A DNA stretch of 64,000 nt from Escherichia coli (GCF_013122565.1 NZ_CP053258.1); one strand, 5' to 3'. Shown: positions 11,077-24,552, counted from the stretch's first letter. Numbers and translations: made by a program. Notes: generated by a model from the letters alone, not told the origin.

Positions 11077-12093
11077 ATGTCCACATTACGCCTGCTCATC
11101 TCTGACTCTTACGACCCGTGGTTTAACCTGGCGGTGGAGGAGTGTATTTTTCGCCAAATGCCCGCCACGCAGCGCGTTCTGTTTCTCTGGCGCAATGCCG
11201 ACACGGTAGTAATTGGTCGCGCGCAGAACCCGTGGAAAGAGTGTAATACCCGGCGGATGGAAGAAGATAACGTCCGCCTGGCGCGACGCAGTAGCGGTGG
11301 CGGCGCGGTTTTCCACGATCTCGGCAATACCTGTTTTACCTTTATGGCTGGCAAGCCGGAGTACGATAAAACTATCTCCACGTCGATTGTGCTCAATGCG
11401 CTGAACGCGCTTGGCGTCAGCGCCGAAGCGTCCGGACGTAACGATCTGGTGGTGAAAACCGCCGAAGGCGACCGCAAAGTCTCAGGATCGGCCTATCGCG
11501 AAACCAAAGATCGTGGCTTCCACCACGGCACCTTGCTGCTCAATGCCGACCTTAGCCGCCTGGCAAACTATCTCAATCCGGATAAAAAGAAACTGGCGGC
11601 GAAAGGCATTACCTCAGTGCGTTCCCGCGTGACCAACCTCACCGAGCTGCTGCCGGGGATCACCCATGAGCAGGTTTGCGAGGCCATAACCGAGGCCTTT
11701 TTCGCCCATTATGGCGAGCGCGTGGAAGCGGAAATCATCTCCCCGGACAAAACGCCAGACTTGCCAAACTTCGCCGAAACCTTTGCCCGCCAGAGTAGCT
11801 GGGAATGGAACTTCGGTCAGGCTCCGGCATTCTCGCATCTGCTGGATGAACGCTTTACCTGGGGCGGCGTGGAACTGCATTTCGACGTTGAAAAAGGCCA
11901 TATCACCCGCGCCCAGGTGTTTACCGACAGCCTCAACCCCGCGCCGCTGGAAGCCCTCGCCGGACGACTCCAAGGCTGCCTGTACCGCGCAGATATGCTG
12001 CAACAAGAGTGCGAAGCGCTGTTGGTTGACTTCCCGGACCAGGAAAAAGAGCTACGGGAGTTGTCGACGTGGATAGCGGGGGCGGTAAGGTAA
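11077..12093 (+). CDS. lplA: Lipoate-protein ligase A, 338 aa
   Basis: [31 protein letters not shown] catalytic domain; exact length match. Confidence 0.95.
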   Translation: MSTLRLLISDSYDPWFNLAVEECIFRQMPATQRVLFLWRNADTVVIGRAQNPWKECNTRRMEEDNVRLARRSSGGGAVFHDLGNTCFTFMAGKPEYDKTISTSIVLNALNALGVSAEASGRNDLVVKTAEGDRKVSGSAYRETKDRGFHHGTLLLNADLSRLANYLNPDKKKLAAKGITSVRSRVTNLTELLPGITHEQVCEAITEAFFAHYGERVEAEIISPDKTPDLPNFAETFARQSSWEWNFGQAPAFSHLLDERFTWGGVELHFDVEKGHITRAQVFTDSLNPAPLEALAGRLQGCLYRADMLQQECEALLVDFPDQEKELRELSTWIAGAVR

Positions 12094-12124
12094 CTCGCTG
12101 ATTAAAATATCCAGGGAAGGAAAT

Positions 12125-12388
12125 ATGATCGATCTGGAAAACCAGGAACGGGAGATTATCAATTTAATGTTCAGCCAGCGTATTTCCTGGCTAGCCGCCG
12201 TGCGTATCAGGCATAAATTATCGCTTGCTGAAGTAAGTAAAATGTTAGGTATCTCGATTAATTCTCTAAAACAGATCGAAAAGACGGAACGGCTTAGCTC
12301 AAACATCAAAAGCAAAATGGCAGAAATTTATGGTTGTCCACCAGAGTTGCTGATATGCCCTTCCTGGATGACGGCTGAACATAAATGA
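12125..12388 (+). CDS. Small XRE-type HTH protein (87 aa) occupying the position where K-12 has hipH (yjjJ); possibly a truncated N-terminal HTH remnant
   Basis: HTH_3-like LSLAEVSKMLGISINSLKQIE; AT-rich codon usage; starts 32 bp after lplA stop, same strand. Confidence 0.5.
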   Translation: MIDLENQEREIINLMFSQRISWLAAVRIRHKLSLAEVSKMLGISINSLKQIEKTERLSSNIKSKMAEIYGCPPELLICPSWMTAEHK

Positions 12389-12482
12389 ATAGATTCGTGA
12401 ATAGATACTTGAATGTATTTTATTTTCTATCCATATGAAAAATAATAGTAAATCTATAAATCAGTTGCTATTGATGAATAGA

Positions 12483-12513
12483 TACTAAAAACCGGAGCAG
12501 TCCCCCACTCCGG
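12483..12513 (-). terminator. Rho-independent terminator downstream of deoD (deoCABD operon end)
   Basis: Hairpin ccggag-N10-ctccgg followed by T-run on the minus strand. Confidence 0.6.
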
Positions 12514-12547
12514 CTTAACACGACAATCGCCTTTCAGCGAAACACAA

Positions 12548-13267
12548 TTACTCTTTATCGCCCAGCAGAACGGATTCCAGTGCGATTTTGATCATGTCGT
12601 TGAAGGTGGTCTGACGCTCAGCGGCAGTGGTCTGCTCGTGAGTGCGGATGTGGTCAGATACGGTGCAGATGGTCAGGGCTTTCGCGCCAAATTCTGCAGC
12701 GACGCCGTAGATACCAGCCGCTTCCATTTCCACGCCGAGAATGCCGTATTTTTCCATCACGTCGAACATTTCGCCGTCCGGAGAGTAGAACAGGTCAGCG
12801 GAGAACAGGTTACCAACGCGAGCATCAACGCCCAGTGCTTTAGCCGCGTCTACCGCGTTACGCACCATGTCAAAGTCAGCGATAGCCGCAAAGTCATGGT
12901 CTTTAAAACGGATGCGGTTAACTTTGGAATCGGTGCAGGCACCCATACCGATAACGACGTCGCGCAGTTTTACGTGTGGCAGAACAGCGCCACAGGAACC
13001 CACGCGGATAATTTTCTTCACGCCGAAATCGGTGATCAGTTCTTTGGTGTAGATGGAGCAGGACGGGATACCCATACCGTGACCCATTACGGAAATTTTG
13101 CGGCCTTTGTAAGTACCGGTGAAGCCCAGCATACCGCGAACGTTGTTCACTTCACGGGCATCTTCAAGGAAAGTTTCAGCAATATACTTCGCACGCAGCG
13201 GGTCGCCTGGCATCAAAACTACGTCAGCGAAATCGCCCATTTCTGCATTAATGTGTGGGGTAGCCAT
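12548..13267 (-). CDS. deoD: Purine nucleoside phosphorylase DeoD, 239 aa
   Basis: [34 protein letters not shown]. Confidence 0.95.
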   Translation of the reverse strand: MATPHINAEMGDFADVVLMPGDPLRAKYIAETFLEDAREVNNVRGMLGFTGTYKGRKISVMGHGMGIPSCSIYTKELITDFGVKKIIRVGSCGAVLPHVKLRDVVIGMGACTDSKVNRIRFKDHDFAAIADFDMVRNAVDAAKALGVDARVGNLFSADLFYSPDGEMFDVMEKYGILGVEMEAAGIYGVAAEFGAKALTICTVSDHIRTHEQTTAAERQTTFNDMIKIALESVLLGDKE

Positions 13268-13279
13268 TGTTTTATCCTT

Positions 13280-13335
13280 ATCAACATGTTTTCACCCTCT
13301 CCCTGTGGGAGAGGGCCGGGGTGAGGGCATCAAGC
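13280..13335. repeat. GC-rich palindromic intergenic element between deoB and deoD
   Basis: Perfect inverted repeat ccctctccc-tgt-gggagaggg followed by ccggggtgagggc. Confidence 0.4.
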
Positions 13336-13346
13336 CGCACCCATTA

Positions 13347-14591
<1,245 letters not shown>

Positions 14592-14621
14592 TCAAATTTA
14601 AATGATCAGATCAGTATACCG

Positions 14622-15944
14622 TTATTCGCTGATACGGCGATAGACAGTTGGTGTGCTTTCCGGTGCTTTATCGGCAAGTTTAATTGCCGCTTTCACCGCT
14701 TTCGCCGCTTCCTGCCAGCTGTTTTCGTCTTTCGCGTGGATAACCGCCAGCGGACGCTGACCGTCTACCTGGTCGCCCAGACGCGCCATATCAGTAAAGC
14801 CGACGCTGTAATCGATGGTGTCAGATGCCTGACGACGACCGCCGCCCATTGCAACCACTGCCATCCCCAGCGCGCGGGTATCCATTTCACTGACAAAACC
14901 TTCGGTATCAGCATAGACTGCTTTCGTCAGCATCGCTGTCGGCAGATACTTCGCGTAGTTCTCAACGAAGTCGGTCGGGCCTTTTTGTGCCGCTACCATA
15001 CGACCAAAGACTTCTGCCGCTTTACCGTTGTCCAGCACCGCCTGCAATTTCGCGCGCGCTTCGGCGTCATCTTTCGCCAGTTTGCCGGAGAGCAGCATCT
15101 CCACGCACAGCGCCATCGTGACATCAAACAGACGCGGGTTACGATACTCACCCGTCAGGAACTGCACCGCTTCACGAACTTCAACCGCGTTACCTGCACT
15201 GGAGGCCAGTACCTGATTCATGTCGGTGAGCAGCGCGGTGGTGCGCACGCCAGCGCCGTTAGCCACGCCAACAATCGCTTCGGCAAGGGCTTCAGAGAGT
15301 TCGTAGGTCGGCATAAACGCGCCGCTACCCACTTTCACGTCCATCACCAGCGCGTCCAGACCTTCCGCCAGTTTCTTCGCCAGAATAGAGGCGGTGATCA
15401 GCGGGATTGAATCCACGGTTGCGGTAATATCGCGGGTCGCGTAGAAACGTTTATCCGCCGGAGCCAGTGAGCTGGTCTGGCCGATAATCGCCACGCCGAC
15501 GTCTTTAATAATTTCGCGGAAACGGTTGTCATCCGGGAAAATGTCGAAGCCAGGGATGGATTCCAGTTTGTCGAGCGTACCGCCAGTATGACCGAGGCCG
15601 CGACCGGAGATCATCGGAATATAGCCGCCGCAGGCAGCGACCATCGGCCCCAACATCAGCGAAGTCACATCGCCGACACCGCCGGTCGAGTGTTTATCAA
15701 CAATCGGGCCATTCAGATGCAGGCTTTTCCAGTCGAGAACGGTTCCTGAATCTCGCATCGCCATGGTCAGCGAGACACGCTCAGGCATTGTCATATCGTG
15801 GAAGAAAATGGTCATCGCGAGGGCGGCAATCTGCCCTTCGGAGATAGTGTTGTCGCGAATACCGTTGATAAAGAAACGAATTTCTTCATCGCTCAGCGCA
15901 TGACCATCACGTTTTTTACGAATAATTTCTTGTGCGAGAAACAA
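14622..15944 (-). CDS. deoA: Thymidine phosphorylase DeoA (TTG start, 440 aa)
   Basis: [36 protein letters not shown] verified at 15942..15944 on minus strand. Confidence 0.95.
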
Positions 15945-16021
15945 GGTAACCTCCCGTGGAAAAGAGACGAGGTAATCGGGGAACCGGATGAGCATCGCTG
16001 CGTCATCCGGCAAATCAAGCC

Positions 16022-16801
16022 TTAGTAGCTGCTGGCGCTCTTACCGTCGCCGTGGCCCAGAGCCTTCAGCAGGCTTGCCAGCAAGCTGGAAGCACCAAAG
16101 CGGTAGTGACGCGCATCAGCCCAGTCAGCACCGAACAGTTCATCGGCGATGGCGAGATATTTCTGCGCATCTTCTGCAGTACGTACGCCGCCCGCCGGTT
16201 TGAAACCAACGGTTTTTTCTACGCCCATATCACGGATCACTTCCATCATGATGCGCGCGCTTTCCGGCGTCGCGTTCACTGCTACTTTACCGGTAGAGGT
16301 TTTGATGAAGTCAGCACCCGCTTTGATGGAGATTTCAGACGCTTTACGGATCAGCGCTTCGTCTTTCAGTTCGCCGGTTTCGATGATCACTTTCAGAAGT
16401 ACATTCGCTGCCGCGCAAGCCTCTTTACAGGCTTTCACCAGGTCAAAACCAACCTGCTCGTTACCCGCCATCAGCGCGCGGTACGGGAACACAACGTCAA
16501 CTTCATCAGCACCGTAGGCGATTGCCGCACGGGTTTCTGCCAGCGCGATTTCGATGTCGTCGTTACCATGTGGGAAGTTGGTTACCGTAGCGATACGGAT
16601 TTCCGGGGTGCCCTGCTCTTTCAGGGTTTTGCGAGCAATCGGAATAAAGCGAGGATAGATACAGATAGCGGCGGTATTGCCGACCGGAGTTTTGGCCTGA
16701 TGACACAGGGCAATCACTTTCTCGTCGGTGTCGTCGTCATTCAGGGTGGTCAGGTCCATCAATTTCAGTGCACGCAGGCTGCTTGCTTTCAGATCAGTCA
16801 T
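16022..16801 (-). CDS. deoC: Deoxyribose-phosphate aldolase DeoC, 259 aa
   Basis: [33 protein letters not shown]. Confidence 0.95.
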
Positions 16802-16845
16802 TTCATTCTCCTGGCTTGTCGCCAATAAAATTCACCTTGCGAGTT

Positions 16846-16861
16846 TGTTAGTATTCTAACA
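16846..16861. promoter_or_regulatory. DeoR operator O2 (deoP2), TGTTAGAATACTAACA
   Basis: 16-bp near-palindrome about 45 bp upstream of deoC ATG; exactly 599 bp from the O1 palindrome. Confidence 0.75.
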
Positions 16862-17058
16862 TCTACTCCGCAACACACTTCGATATACATCACAATTAAG
16901 GAAATCTACTTACAAGTTTGCATCACTGTTATGCGATCTGGTTCAAATAATTCGCTTTCAAATGAATGCGTCAGTGGTGGCAAACGCATCAGGATCAAAG
17001 TGAACATCATGAAACTTCTTACAATGGCGCATCACCTTCGGCATAAAAGGAAAAGAAG

Positions 17059-18609
17059 ATGCCCACTTCTCATGAAAATGCACTGCAACAACGTTGCCAG
17101 CAAATTGTCACCAGTCCAGTGCTTAGCCCGGAGCAGAAGCGCCATTTTCTGGCACTGGAAGCAGAAAACAATCTGCCTTACCCGCAGCTTCCTGCCGAAG
17201 CCCGCCGCGCGCTGGATGAGGGTGTAATCTGCGATATGTTTGAAGGTCATGCGCCGTACAAACCGCGCTATGTCTTACCCGATTACGCCCGTTTTCTGGC
17301 GAACGGTTCCGAATGGCTGGAGCTGGAAGGCGCGAAAGATCTTGATGACGCACTCTCTCTGCTGACCATTCTTTACCACCACGTACCGTCGGTCACATCG
17401 ATGCCGGTCTACCTGGGGCAACTGGATGTGTTGCTGCAACCGTATGTTAGAATTCTAACACAAGACGAGATTGATATTCGAATAAAACGTTTCTGGCGTT
17501 ACCTCGACAGAACCCTGCCAGACGCCTTTATGCACGCCAATATCGGCCCATCTGATTCGCCCATTACCCGCGCGATCTTACGTGCAGACGCAGAGTTGAA
17601 GCAGGTTTCACCGAACCTGACCTTTATCTACGATCCTGAAATCACCCCTGATGACCTGCTGCTGGAAGTGGCGAAGAACATCTGTGAATGTAGCAAACCG
17701 CACATCGCCAACGGTCCGGTGCATGATAAAATTTTCACAAAAGGGGGCTACGGGATTGTGAGCTGTTACAACTCACTGCCGCTGGCAGGTGGTGGCAGCA
17801 CGCTGGTACGCCTTAACCTGAAAGCCATTGCCGAGCGCAGCGAATCGCTGGATGACTTCTTTACGCGCACTCTACCGCACTACTGCCAGCAGCAGATCGC
17901 CATCATCGATGCGCGGTGTGAATTCCTCTATCAACAATCACACTTCTTTGAGAATAGCTTCCTGGTGAAAGAAGGGCTGATTAACCCTGAACGTTTTGTG
18001 CCAATGTTTGGCATGTATGGGCTGGCGGAAGCGGTTAACTTGCTGTGTGAGAAAGAAGGGATTGCCGCGCGCTACGGTAAAGAAGCCGCCGCAAATGAAG
18101 TGGGTTATCGCATCAGCGCGCAACTGGCGGAGTTTGTCGCCAATACCCCCGTGAAATATGGCTGGCAAAAACGCGCCATGTTACACGCACAGTCGGGGAT
18201 CAGTTCCGATATCGGCACCACGCCGGGCGCGCGTTTGCCGTATGGCGATGAGCCAGATCCGATCACCCATCTGCAAACTGTCGCCCCGCATCATGCTTAT
18301 TATTATTCCGGCATCAGCGACATTCTGACGCTCGACGAAACCATCAAACGTAACCCGCAGGCACTGGTACAGCTTTGCCTCGGTGCCTTTAAAGCCGGAA
18401 TGCGTGAATTTACCGCCAATGTCAGCGGTAACGATCTGGTTCGCGTTACCGGTTATATGGTGCGTTTGTCGGATTTAGAAAAATATCGCGCCGAAGGTTC
18501 ACGTACCAACACCACCTGGCTGGGCGAAGAAGCCGCACGCAACACTCGTATTCTGGAACGCCAGCCGCGCGTGATAAGCCATGAACAGCAGATGCGCTTT
18601 AGTCAGTAA
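17059..18609 (+). CDS. yjjI: YjjI, glycine-radical-enzyme-like family protein (DUF3029), 516 aa
   Basis: Length and synteny, divergent from deoC and followed by activase yjjW. Confidence 0.85.
   Translation: MPTSHENALQQRCQQIVTSPVLSPEQKRHFLALEAENNLPYPQLPAEARRALDEGVICDMFEGHAPYKPRYVLPDYARFLANGSEWLELEGAKDLDDALSLLTILYHHVPSVTSMPVYLGQLDVLLQPYVRILTQDEIDIRIKRFWRYLDRTLPDAFMHANIGPSDSPITRAILRADAELKQVSPNLTFIYDPEITPDDLLLEVAKNICECSKPHIANGPVHDKIFTKGGYGIVSCYNSLPLAGGGSTLVRLNLKAIAERSESLDDFFTRTLPHYCQQQIAIIDARCEFLYQQSHFFENSFLVKEGLINPERFVPMFGMYGLAEAVNLLCEKEGIAARYGKEAAANEVGYRISAQLAEFVANTPVKYGWQKRAMLHAQSGISSDIGTTPGARLPYGDEPDPITHLQTVAPHHAYYYSGISDILTLDETIKRNPQALVQLCLGAFKAGMREFTANVSGNDLVRVTGYMVRLSDLEKYRAEGSRTNTTWLGEEAARNTRILERQPRVISHEQQMRFSQ
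17445..17460. promoter_or_regulatory. DeoR operator O1 (deoP1), perfect palindrome TGTTAGAATTCTAACA, lying inside the annotated yjjI coding region
   Basis: Perfect 16-bp palindrome; spacing to O2 is 599 bp, as known for deoP1-deoP2. Confidence 0.75.
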
Positions 18610-19444
18610 GATTATCCCCTTCTCCTGCGTTGACGGGCCAGGCAGTCGTCTGGCTCTGTTTTTGCAGGGCTGCAATCTGCGCTGCAAAAACTGTCACAAT
18701 CCGTGGACGATGGGACGTTGCAATGACTGCGGGGAGTGCGTGCCACAGTGTCCGCATCAGGCGTTGCAGATTGTTGACGGCAAAGTGGTGTGGAACGCTG
18801 TGGTCTGCGAGCAGTGTGATACCTGCCTGAAGATGTGTCCGCAACATGCCACGCCAATGGCGCAGTCCATGAGCGTGGATGAGGTGCTTAGCCATATCCG
18901 CAAAGCAGTGCTGTTTATCGAAGGGATAACGGTAAGCGGCGGCGAAGCCACGACCCAGCTGCCGTTTGTGGTGGCGCTGTTTACTGTTATCAAAAACGAT
19001 CCGCAACTGCGCCACCTCACCTGCCTGGTGGACAGTAACGGTATGTTGAGCGAAACCGGCTGGGAAAAATTGCTCCCGGTGTGCGACGGCGCAATGCTCG
19101 ATCTCAAAGCGTGGGGGAGCGAATGTCATCAACAACTCACCGGACGCGATAATCAGCAGATTAAGCGCAGCATCTATTTGCTGGCAGAGCGCGGCAAGCT
19201 GGCGGAACTGCGTTTGCTGGTGATCCCTGGCCAGGTGGATTATTTGCAACACATCGAAGAACTGGCGGCGTTTATCAAGGGACTCGGCGATGTTCCGGTA
19301 CGCCTGAACGCGTTTCATGCCCACGGCGTGTATGGCGAGGCGCAAAGCTGGGCGAGCGCCACGCCGGAAGACGTTGAGCCGTTGGCTGATGCGTTAAAGG
19401 TGCGCGGGGTGAGCCGGTTGATATTTCCGGCGCTCTATTTGTGA
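18581..19444 (+). CDS. yjjW: Glycyl-radical enzyme activating (radical SAM) protein YjjW
   Basis: Cys-rich CxxxCxxC radical SAM and ferredoxin-like clusters ([23 protein letters not shown]); overlaps yjjI 3' end. Confidence 0.85.
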   Translation: MNSRCALVSKIIPFSCVDGPGSRLALFLQGCNLRCKNCHNPWTMGRCNDCGECVPQCPHQALQIVDGKVVWNAVVCEQCDTCLKMCPQHATPMAQSMSVDEVLSHIRKAVLFIEGITVSGGEATTQLPFVVALFTVIKNDPQLRHLTCLVDSNGMLSETGWEKLLPVCDGAMLDLKAWGSECHQQLTGRDNQQIKRSIYLLAERGKLAELRLLVIPGQVDYLQHIEELAAFIKGLGDVPVRLNAFHAHGVYGEAQSWASATPEDVEPLADALKVRGVSRLIFPALYL

Positions 19445-19705
19445 CATGCCGGATACGGCCTACGGTTCGGCACAGACTTGTAGGCCTGATAAGACGCGTC
19501 AAGCGTCGCATCAGGCATTGTGCGCCAACTGCCGGATGCGGCGTGAACGCCTTATCCGGCCTACGGTTCGGCACAAACCTGTAGGCATGATAAGACGCGA
19601 CAAGCGTCGCATCAGGCATTATGCGCCGACTGCCGGATGCGGCGTAAACGCCTTATCCGGCATTGAGCGCCAACTGCCGGATGCGGCGTGAACGCCTTAT
19701 CCGGC
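19445..19705. repeat. REP/BIME cluster between yjjW and yjjV
   Basis: At least four copies of ccggatgcggcgtgaacgccttatccggcctac-type REP units. Confidence 0.8.
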
Positions 19706-20485
19706 CTACGGCACGTTAAACACCGTATACGTGTTATTAAGCAACGCTTGTGCAATCTCATCCGCGGGTTCCGGGCGCAACTCGCAAAGCACGTCAAACA
19801 CCCGCGCAGCCTGTTCCGGGCGGTTAGGCTGCCCCTGAAAGCCGTTGAGCGGCATATCCGGCGCGTCGGTTTCCAGCAACAACGATGCCAGCGGTAATTT
19901 TGCGATGACATCGCGGGTTTTACTGGCGCGTGGATAGGTGATAGTACCGCCTACGCCGATTTTGTAGCCCAGCTGTACAAACCGTTCAGCCTGTTGCTGG
20001 CTACCAGAAAATCCGTGGACAACACCAGCACGCGGCAAATCGTGGCGTTTAAGATGCATCGCCAGTTTGTCGTGCGTGCGCCGTGAATGCAGGATCACCG
20101 GCAGATCGTAGCGTTTCGCCAGTTTCAGTTGTTCGTCGAGCAACCACTGCTGCCTCTCAAATTGCGGATCGTCGCCAAAGAGATCCAGGCCGATCTCTCC
20201 CACCGCCACCACCTTCGCCGGACGCCTTTCCAGCGCCTGCTGTAGCTGATCAAGAGACACATCGCTATGTTTTTCCAACATACCAGGATGCAAGCCCAAT
20301 GCGGCATACAGCGGTTGATAATTTTCCGCTAACGCCTGCACGCGGGCAAAATTTTCCGCCTCTGTCGCCGGAACAATGATCTTGCCTACGCCCGCTTGTG
20401 CCGCGCGTTGCAGGCTGGCCTCTTCATCGCCACTAAACGGCGGGAAATCAAAATGGCAGTGGGTGTCGATAAAACGGCAAATCAA
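19706..20485 (-). CDS. yjjV: TatD-family metal-dependent hydrolase/DNase YjjV
   Basis: MICRFIDTHCHFDFPPF (TatD HxH motif); synteny. Confidence 0.9.
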   Translation of the reverse strand: MICRFIDTHCHFDFPPFSGDEEASLQRAAQAGVGKIIVPATEAENFARVQALAENYQPLYAALGLHPGMLEKHSDVSLDQLQQALERRPAKVVAVGEIGLDLFGDDPQFERQQWLLDEQLKLAKRYDLPVILHSRRTHDKLAMHLKRHDLPRAGVVHGFSGSQQQAERFVQLGYKIGVGGTITYPRASKTRDVIAKLPLASLLLETDAPDMPLNGFQGQPNRPEQAARVFDVLCELRPEPADEIAQALLNNTYTVFNVP

Positions 20486-21591
20486 GCCAAATCCTCATTG
20501 TTAAATGCCGGGTCGTTCGCCTGTGGAGCATCGCTCACTTCGGCAACCAGCGTATCGTTGGCGACTGGCGCAGGCGGAATAACGATCGATTCCGGCGTCA
20601 CCACCGGCACCAGATGGCGGGTAAGCGGCGCTTTTTCAGTCAATAACTTACCGACCGTTGCCAGAAAATAACGACCGCATAAACGCCCAAGTTTATAGTC
20701 TTCACGCAGCGCCGGAATCCGACTGCCAAGCGCGATACTATGTAATGGCTTCGGCGGATAAATTTCGAATATCCGCAGCTTGCCCGGTGGTTTCTCAATA
20801 AATTGCTGAATGTCACGATAGCTGGTTTCATGATGCTGCACCAGATTGACCAGCGGCTGCAGGCTACTGTCACCCAGCCAGCGTTCCATGCGTTTGAACC
20901 ACTGCGGCGTGTAGTACATTTGTGACGGCACAGTGCGAATGACGACCAACGTTTTAGCGCCCTGCCTTGCCGCCTCTTTAACCGGAATCGCATCACTGAT
21001 CCCGCCATCCAGGTAGTTAATGCCTTCCAGCGACACTCCGCTACGATAAAAGCCAGGTATCGCACTGGAGGCGCGAATCACATCCAGCCAGTTTTGTTTG
21101 GTTGGTAAAAAGTAATTCGGCGCGTAGTCATCCTGACGACAGGCGCACATATAAAACGATTTGCCGCTGTCAAACAACCGCGCGGCGGTATCCATTTGCA
21201 ACGGCATCTGGCTTGCGGTGGCCTCCACCAGCCAGTCGAGATCGATAAGATTTCCTCCACGGACAAAGCGCAATGGATCGAAAAATTCGCGTTTTGTGGT
21301 ATAGCGCATGATGACTTTGCGCGCGTAACCGGGCTGATTGCAGATATACGCCGAGAGGTTCTGCGCCCCGGCAGATGTGCCGAGATAAAGATCGAAAGGA
21401 TTAAACTGCGCGCGCATAAACTCATCCAGCACGCCAGCCGTGAAAATTCCACGCTGCCCGCCGCCTTCGCACACCAGAGCTATTCGTCCAGGCTGGAACG
21501 GCCTTAGCGACAACGGCGCAATATTACCAAGCGTTACAGGTATTCGCTGCCCCACCTCTGCCTTCCTGTTTTTGTTGTGAAAGAATGACAA
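20482..21591 (-). CDS. yjjU: Patatin-like phospholipase YjjU (true start may be an internal GTG)
   Basis: Patatin motifs GGGQRG and GTSAG; synteny. Confidence 0.85.
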   Translation of the reverse strand: MSFFHNKNRKAEVGQRIPVTLGNIAPLSLRPFQPGRIALVCEGGGQRGIFTAGVLDEFMRAQFNPFDLYLGTSAGAQNLSAYICNQPGYARKVIMRYTTKREFFDPLRFVRGGNLIDLDWLVEATASQMPLQMDTAARLFDSGKSFYMCACRQDDYAPNYFLPTKQNWLDVIRASSAIPGFYRSGVSLEGINYLDGGISDAIPVKEAARQGAKTLVVIRTVPSQMYYTPQWFKRMERWLGDSSLQPLVNLVQHHETSYRDIQQFIEKPPGKLRIFEIYPPKPLHSIALGSRIPALREDYKLGRLCGRYFLATVGKLLTEKAPLTRHLVPVVTPESIVIPPAPVANDTLVAEVSDAPQANDPAFNNEDLA

Positions 21592-21676
21592 AGTAACGCA
21601 ATTTATTATTCGCTAAAACCGCAAAAGCCAGTCCGCTGGACTGGCTTTGGATAAAATTTTCTTAATGGTCTGAAAT

Positions 21677-21838
21677 CTAGGGTCGTTTTCGGCCCATGAA
21701 CAAACTCACCAGGAACAGAATAATCCCGACGACAAAGACAATTTTAGCTGCGCCTGCAGCGGTACCGGCCAGACCACCAAACCCAAGTGCGGCGGCGATT
21801 AACGCGATAACCAGAAATATGATGCCCCAACGAAACAT
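21677..21838 (-). CDS. ytjA: Small membrane protein YtjA (DUF1328), 53 aa
   Basis: [53 protein letters not shown]. Confidence 0.7.
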
Positions 21839-21964
21839 AAGCGTCTCCTTTACCATAGTTAATGTCACCGCTTGATATGAGCGTGAAAATCACTCAATGC
21901 GATATTTTTAGTGTGGTGCACATCGCGCCTCCCGACAAAGTTCGGGAGGACGAATTACGACGAA

Positions 21965-22570
21965 TTACTTAGTTTTCAGATCATTTTTAACGCTTTTCAC
22001 ACCATCTACCGCTTTGGCGATACTTTCAGCACGGTCACTTTGTGCCTGAGAATCTACGGTACCGGAGAGCTGAACCACGCCATCGGTGGTTTCAACTTTC
22101 ACATGACGGGAAGGGACGATATCGTCCGCCAGCAGTTTGGCTTTGATTTCACTGGTGGTGGCGGTGTCACCCGCGTAGCCTTTCACCGAGCCTTCTTTAG
22201 CGTCGCGAACGTGCAGTTTGTCGCTGACAGAGGTCACGCCTTCAACGCCTTTCGCCACTTTCACTGCCTCTTCGGCCTGAGCCTGGCTTTCAACGAAACC
22301 GCTCAGGGTCACGACTTTTTGATCGGTTTTGACAGAGATATCGGTGCTCTTGATGTTGTCATGATCCACCAGCGCCGCCTTCACTTTCGCGGTGATGGCG
22401 CTGTCATCCATGAAATTACCGACTTTATTCATAGAGCTATCGACTTTTTGCCCTGCGCTTTCATTGGTAGTCTGCGCGTTGTTTTCCGCGTAGGCAGAGC
22501 CGGTCGCGACGGCAGAGGTCAACATTACAGCCAGCAGAGTTTTCGAAATCTTCAGTCTTGTCATAGTCAT
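21965..22570 (-). CDS. osmY: Osmotically inducible periplasmic protein OsmY (two BON domains), 201 aa
   Basis: [28 protein letters not shown] signal peptide; BON repeats. Confidence 0.9.
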
Positions 22571-22962
22571 CGATTTATTCCTGTATGTTTGCTCGTAATT
22601 TGAGCCTGGCAACACGAGGTTGCATTGCTGAATAGGGAGAGACTTCACCCTCTACAGAAGTCAATGGTCGCCATCACAAAAGCGATGGGTGATGAATAAC
22701 GACCATTACAGCCTCTGAATCAGTTATTAATATCGGTAGAATGACAATCGACGGCTTTAGATACTGATATCTACGCATTGAACGGTATTTAACGCCGTCA
22801 GAAATGTCATCACTTTGTTAAATATAGATCACAATTTTGAAACCGCTCGGGATATCAGCGAAAACATAAGCAAAAGTGAATGTTTTAAGAACATTCCGTA
22901 AGCGGCTAATAAGGAAGGGAAATTGACAGGGCGCAGCGGCTACCGCGCCCTGGAGGCAAGAA

Positions 22963-24552
22963 TTAATGCTCGCGGGTCTGGTGGAACTGAACGTCCGGAT
23001 AACGTTCCTGCGCCAGGCGCAGGTTAACCATGCTGGTAGCGATGTAAGCGAGGTTATCGCCGCCATCAAGCGCCAGTTGGCTTTCGTTCTTACGCTTGAA
23101 CTCTTCGAATTTCTTCGCGTCCGCACATTCTACCCAGCGGGCAGTGGCAACGTTGACTGACTCATACACTGCTTCAACGTTGTATTCGCTCTTCAGGCGC
23201 GCTACCACCACATCAAACTGCAGCACACCAACTGCACCAACGATCAGGTCGTTGTTGGAGATCGGACGGAACACCTGCACCGCGCCCTCTTCGGAAAGCT
23301 GTACCAGCCCTTTGAGTAGCTGTTTTTGCTTCAGCGGATCTTTCAGACGGATACGACGGAACAGTTCTGGCGCGAAGTTCGGAATACCGGTGAACTTCAT
23401 CATCTCACCCTGGGTAAAGGTGTCGCCGATCTGAATGGTGCCGTGGTTGTGCAGACCAAGGATATCGCCAGGATACGCTTCTTCAACGTGCGAACGGTCA
23501 CCCGCCATAAAGGTCAGCGCGTCGGAGATCACCACATCTTTCGCAGTACGCACCTGGCGCAGCTTCATGCCTTTTTCATATTTACCGGACACCACACGCA
23601 TAAACGCCACGCGGTCGCGGTGTTTCGGGTCCATGTTGGCCTGAATTTTAAATACGAAGCCGGTAAATTTATCTTCGCTCGCTTCTACGGTACGGGTATC
23701 GGTCTGACGCGGCATCGGCGCAGGCGCCCACTCCACCAGGCCATCCAGCATATGATCGACGCCGAAGTTACCCAGCGCAGTACCGAAGAATACCGGAGTG
23801 ATTTCGCCCGCAAGGAACAATTCTTTGTCGAACTCGTTAGACGCGCCTTTCACCAGTTCCAGTTCGTCACGCAGCTGCTGTGCCAGATCTTCACCAACCG
23901 CAGCGTCGAGATCCGGGTTGTTCAGCCCTTTAACAATACGGACTTCTTGAATCGTGTGACCTTTACCGCTCTGATAGAGATAGGTTTCGTCTTTATAAAG
24001 GTGGTAAACGCCTTTAAACAGCTTGCCGCAGCCAATCGGCCAGGTGATCGGCGCACAGCCGATTTTCAGCTCGTTCTCAACTTCATCGAGCAGCTCCATC
24101 GGGTCGCGGATATCACGGTCAAGTTTGTTCATAAAGGTGAGGATCGGCGTGTCGCGCAGACGGGTAACTTCCATCAGCTTACGGGTACGATCTTCAACAC
24201 CTTTTGCAGCGTCGATAACCATCAGGCAGCAGTCCACCGCCGTCAGGGTACGATAGGTATCTTCCGAGAAGTCTTCGTGCCCCGGGGTGTCGAGGAGGTT
24301 AACCAGGCAATCGTGATACGGAAACTGCATCACAGACGTAGTAATGGAGATCCCACGCTGCTTTTCCATCTCCATCCAGTCCGACTTAGCGTGCTGGTTG
24401 GAACCACGGCCTTTTACTGTACCGGCGGTCTGAATGGCCTGTCCGAACAGCAGCACCTTCTCGGTGATGGTAGTCTTACCGGCGTCCGGGTGAGAAATAA
24501 TGGCAAAAGTGCGGCGCTTCGCCACCTCTTGCAAATAAGGAGACAACGTCAT
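22963..24552 (-). CDS. prfC: Peptide chain release factor 3 (RF3), 529 aa
   Basis: [31 protein letters not shown]ase G1 motif. Confidence 0.95.

Noticed and set aside
12389-12484. Direct repeats tgaatagatact as possible att sites of an integrated element
   Set aside because: Only about 60 bp apart with no cargo between them; more likely AT-rich regulatory or remnant DNA, noted under the hipH finding instead.
19445-19705. Regularly repeated about 35-bp units that could be mistaken for a CRISPR array (also at 1771..1915 and 27300..27480)
   Set aside because: The units match the REP/BIME consensus (gccggatgcggcg...cgccttatccggcctac), alternate in orientation, have no unique spacers of uniform length, and no cas genes are nearby.
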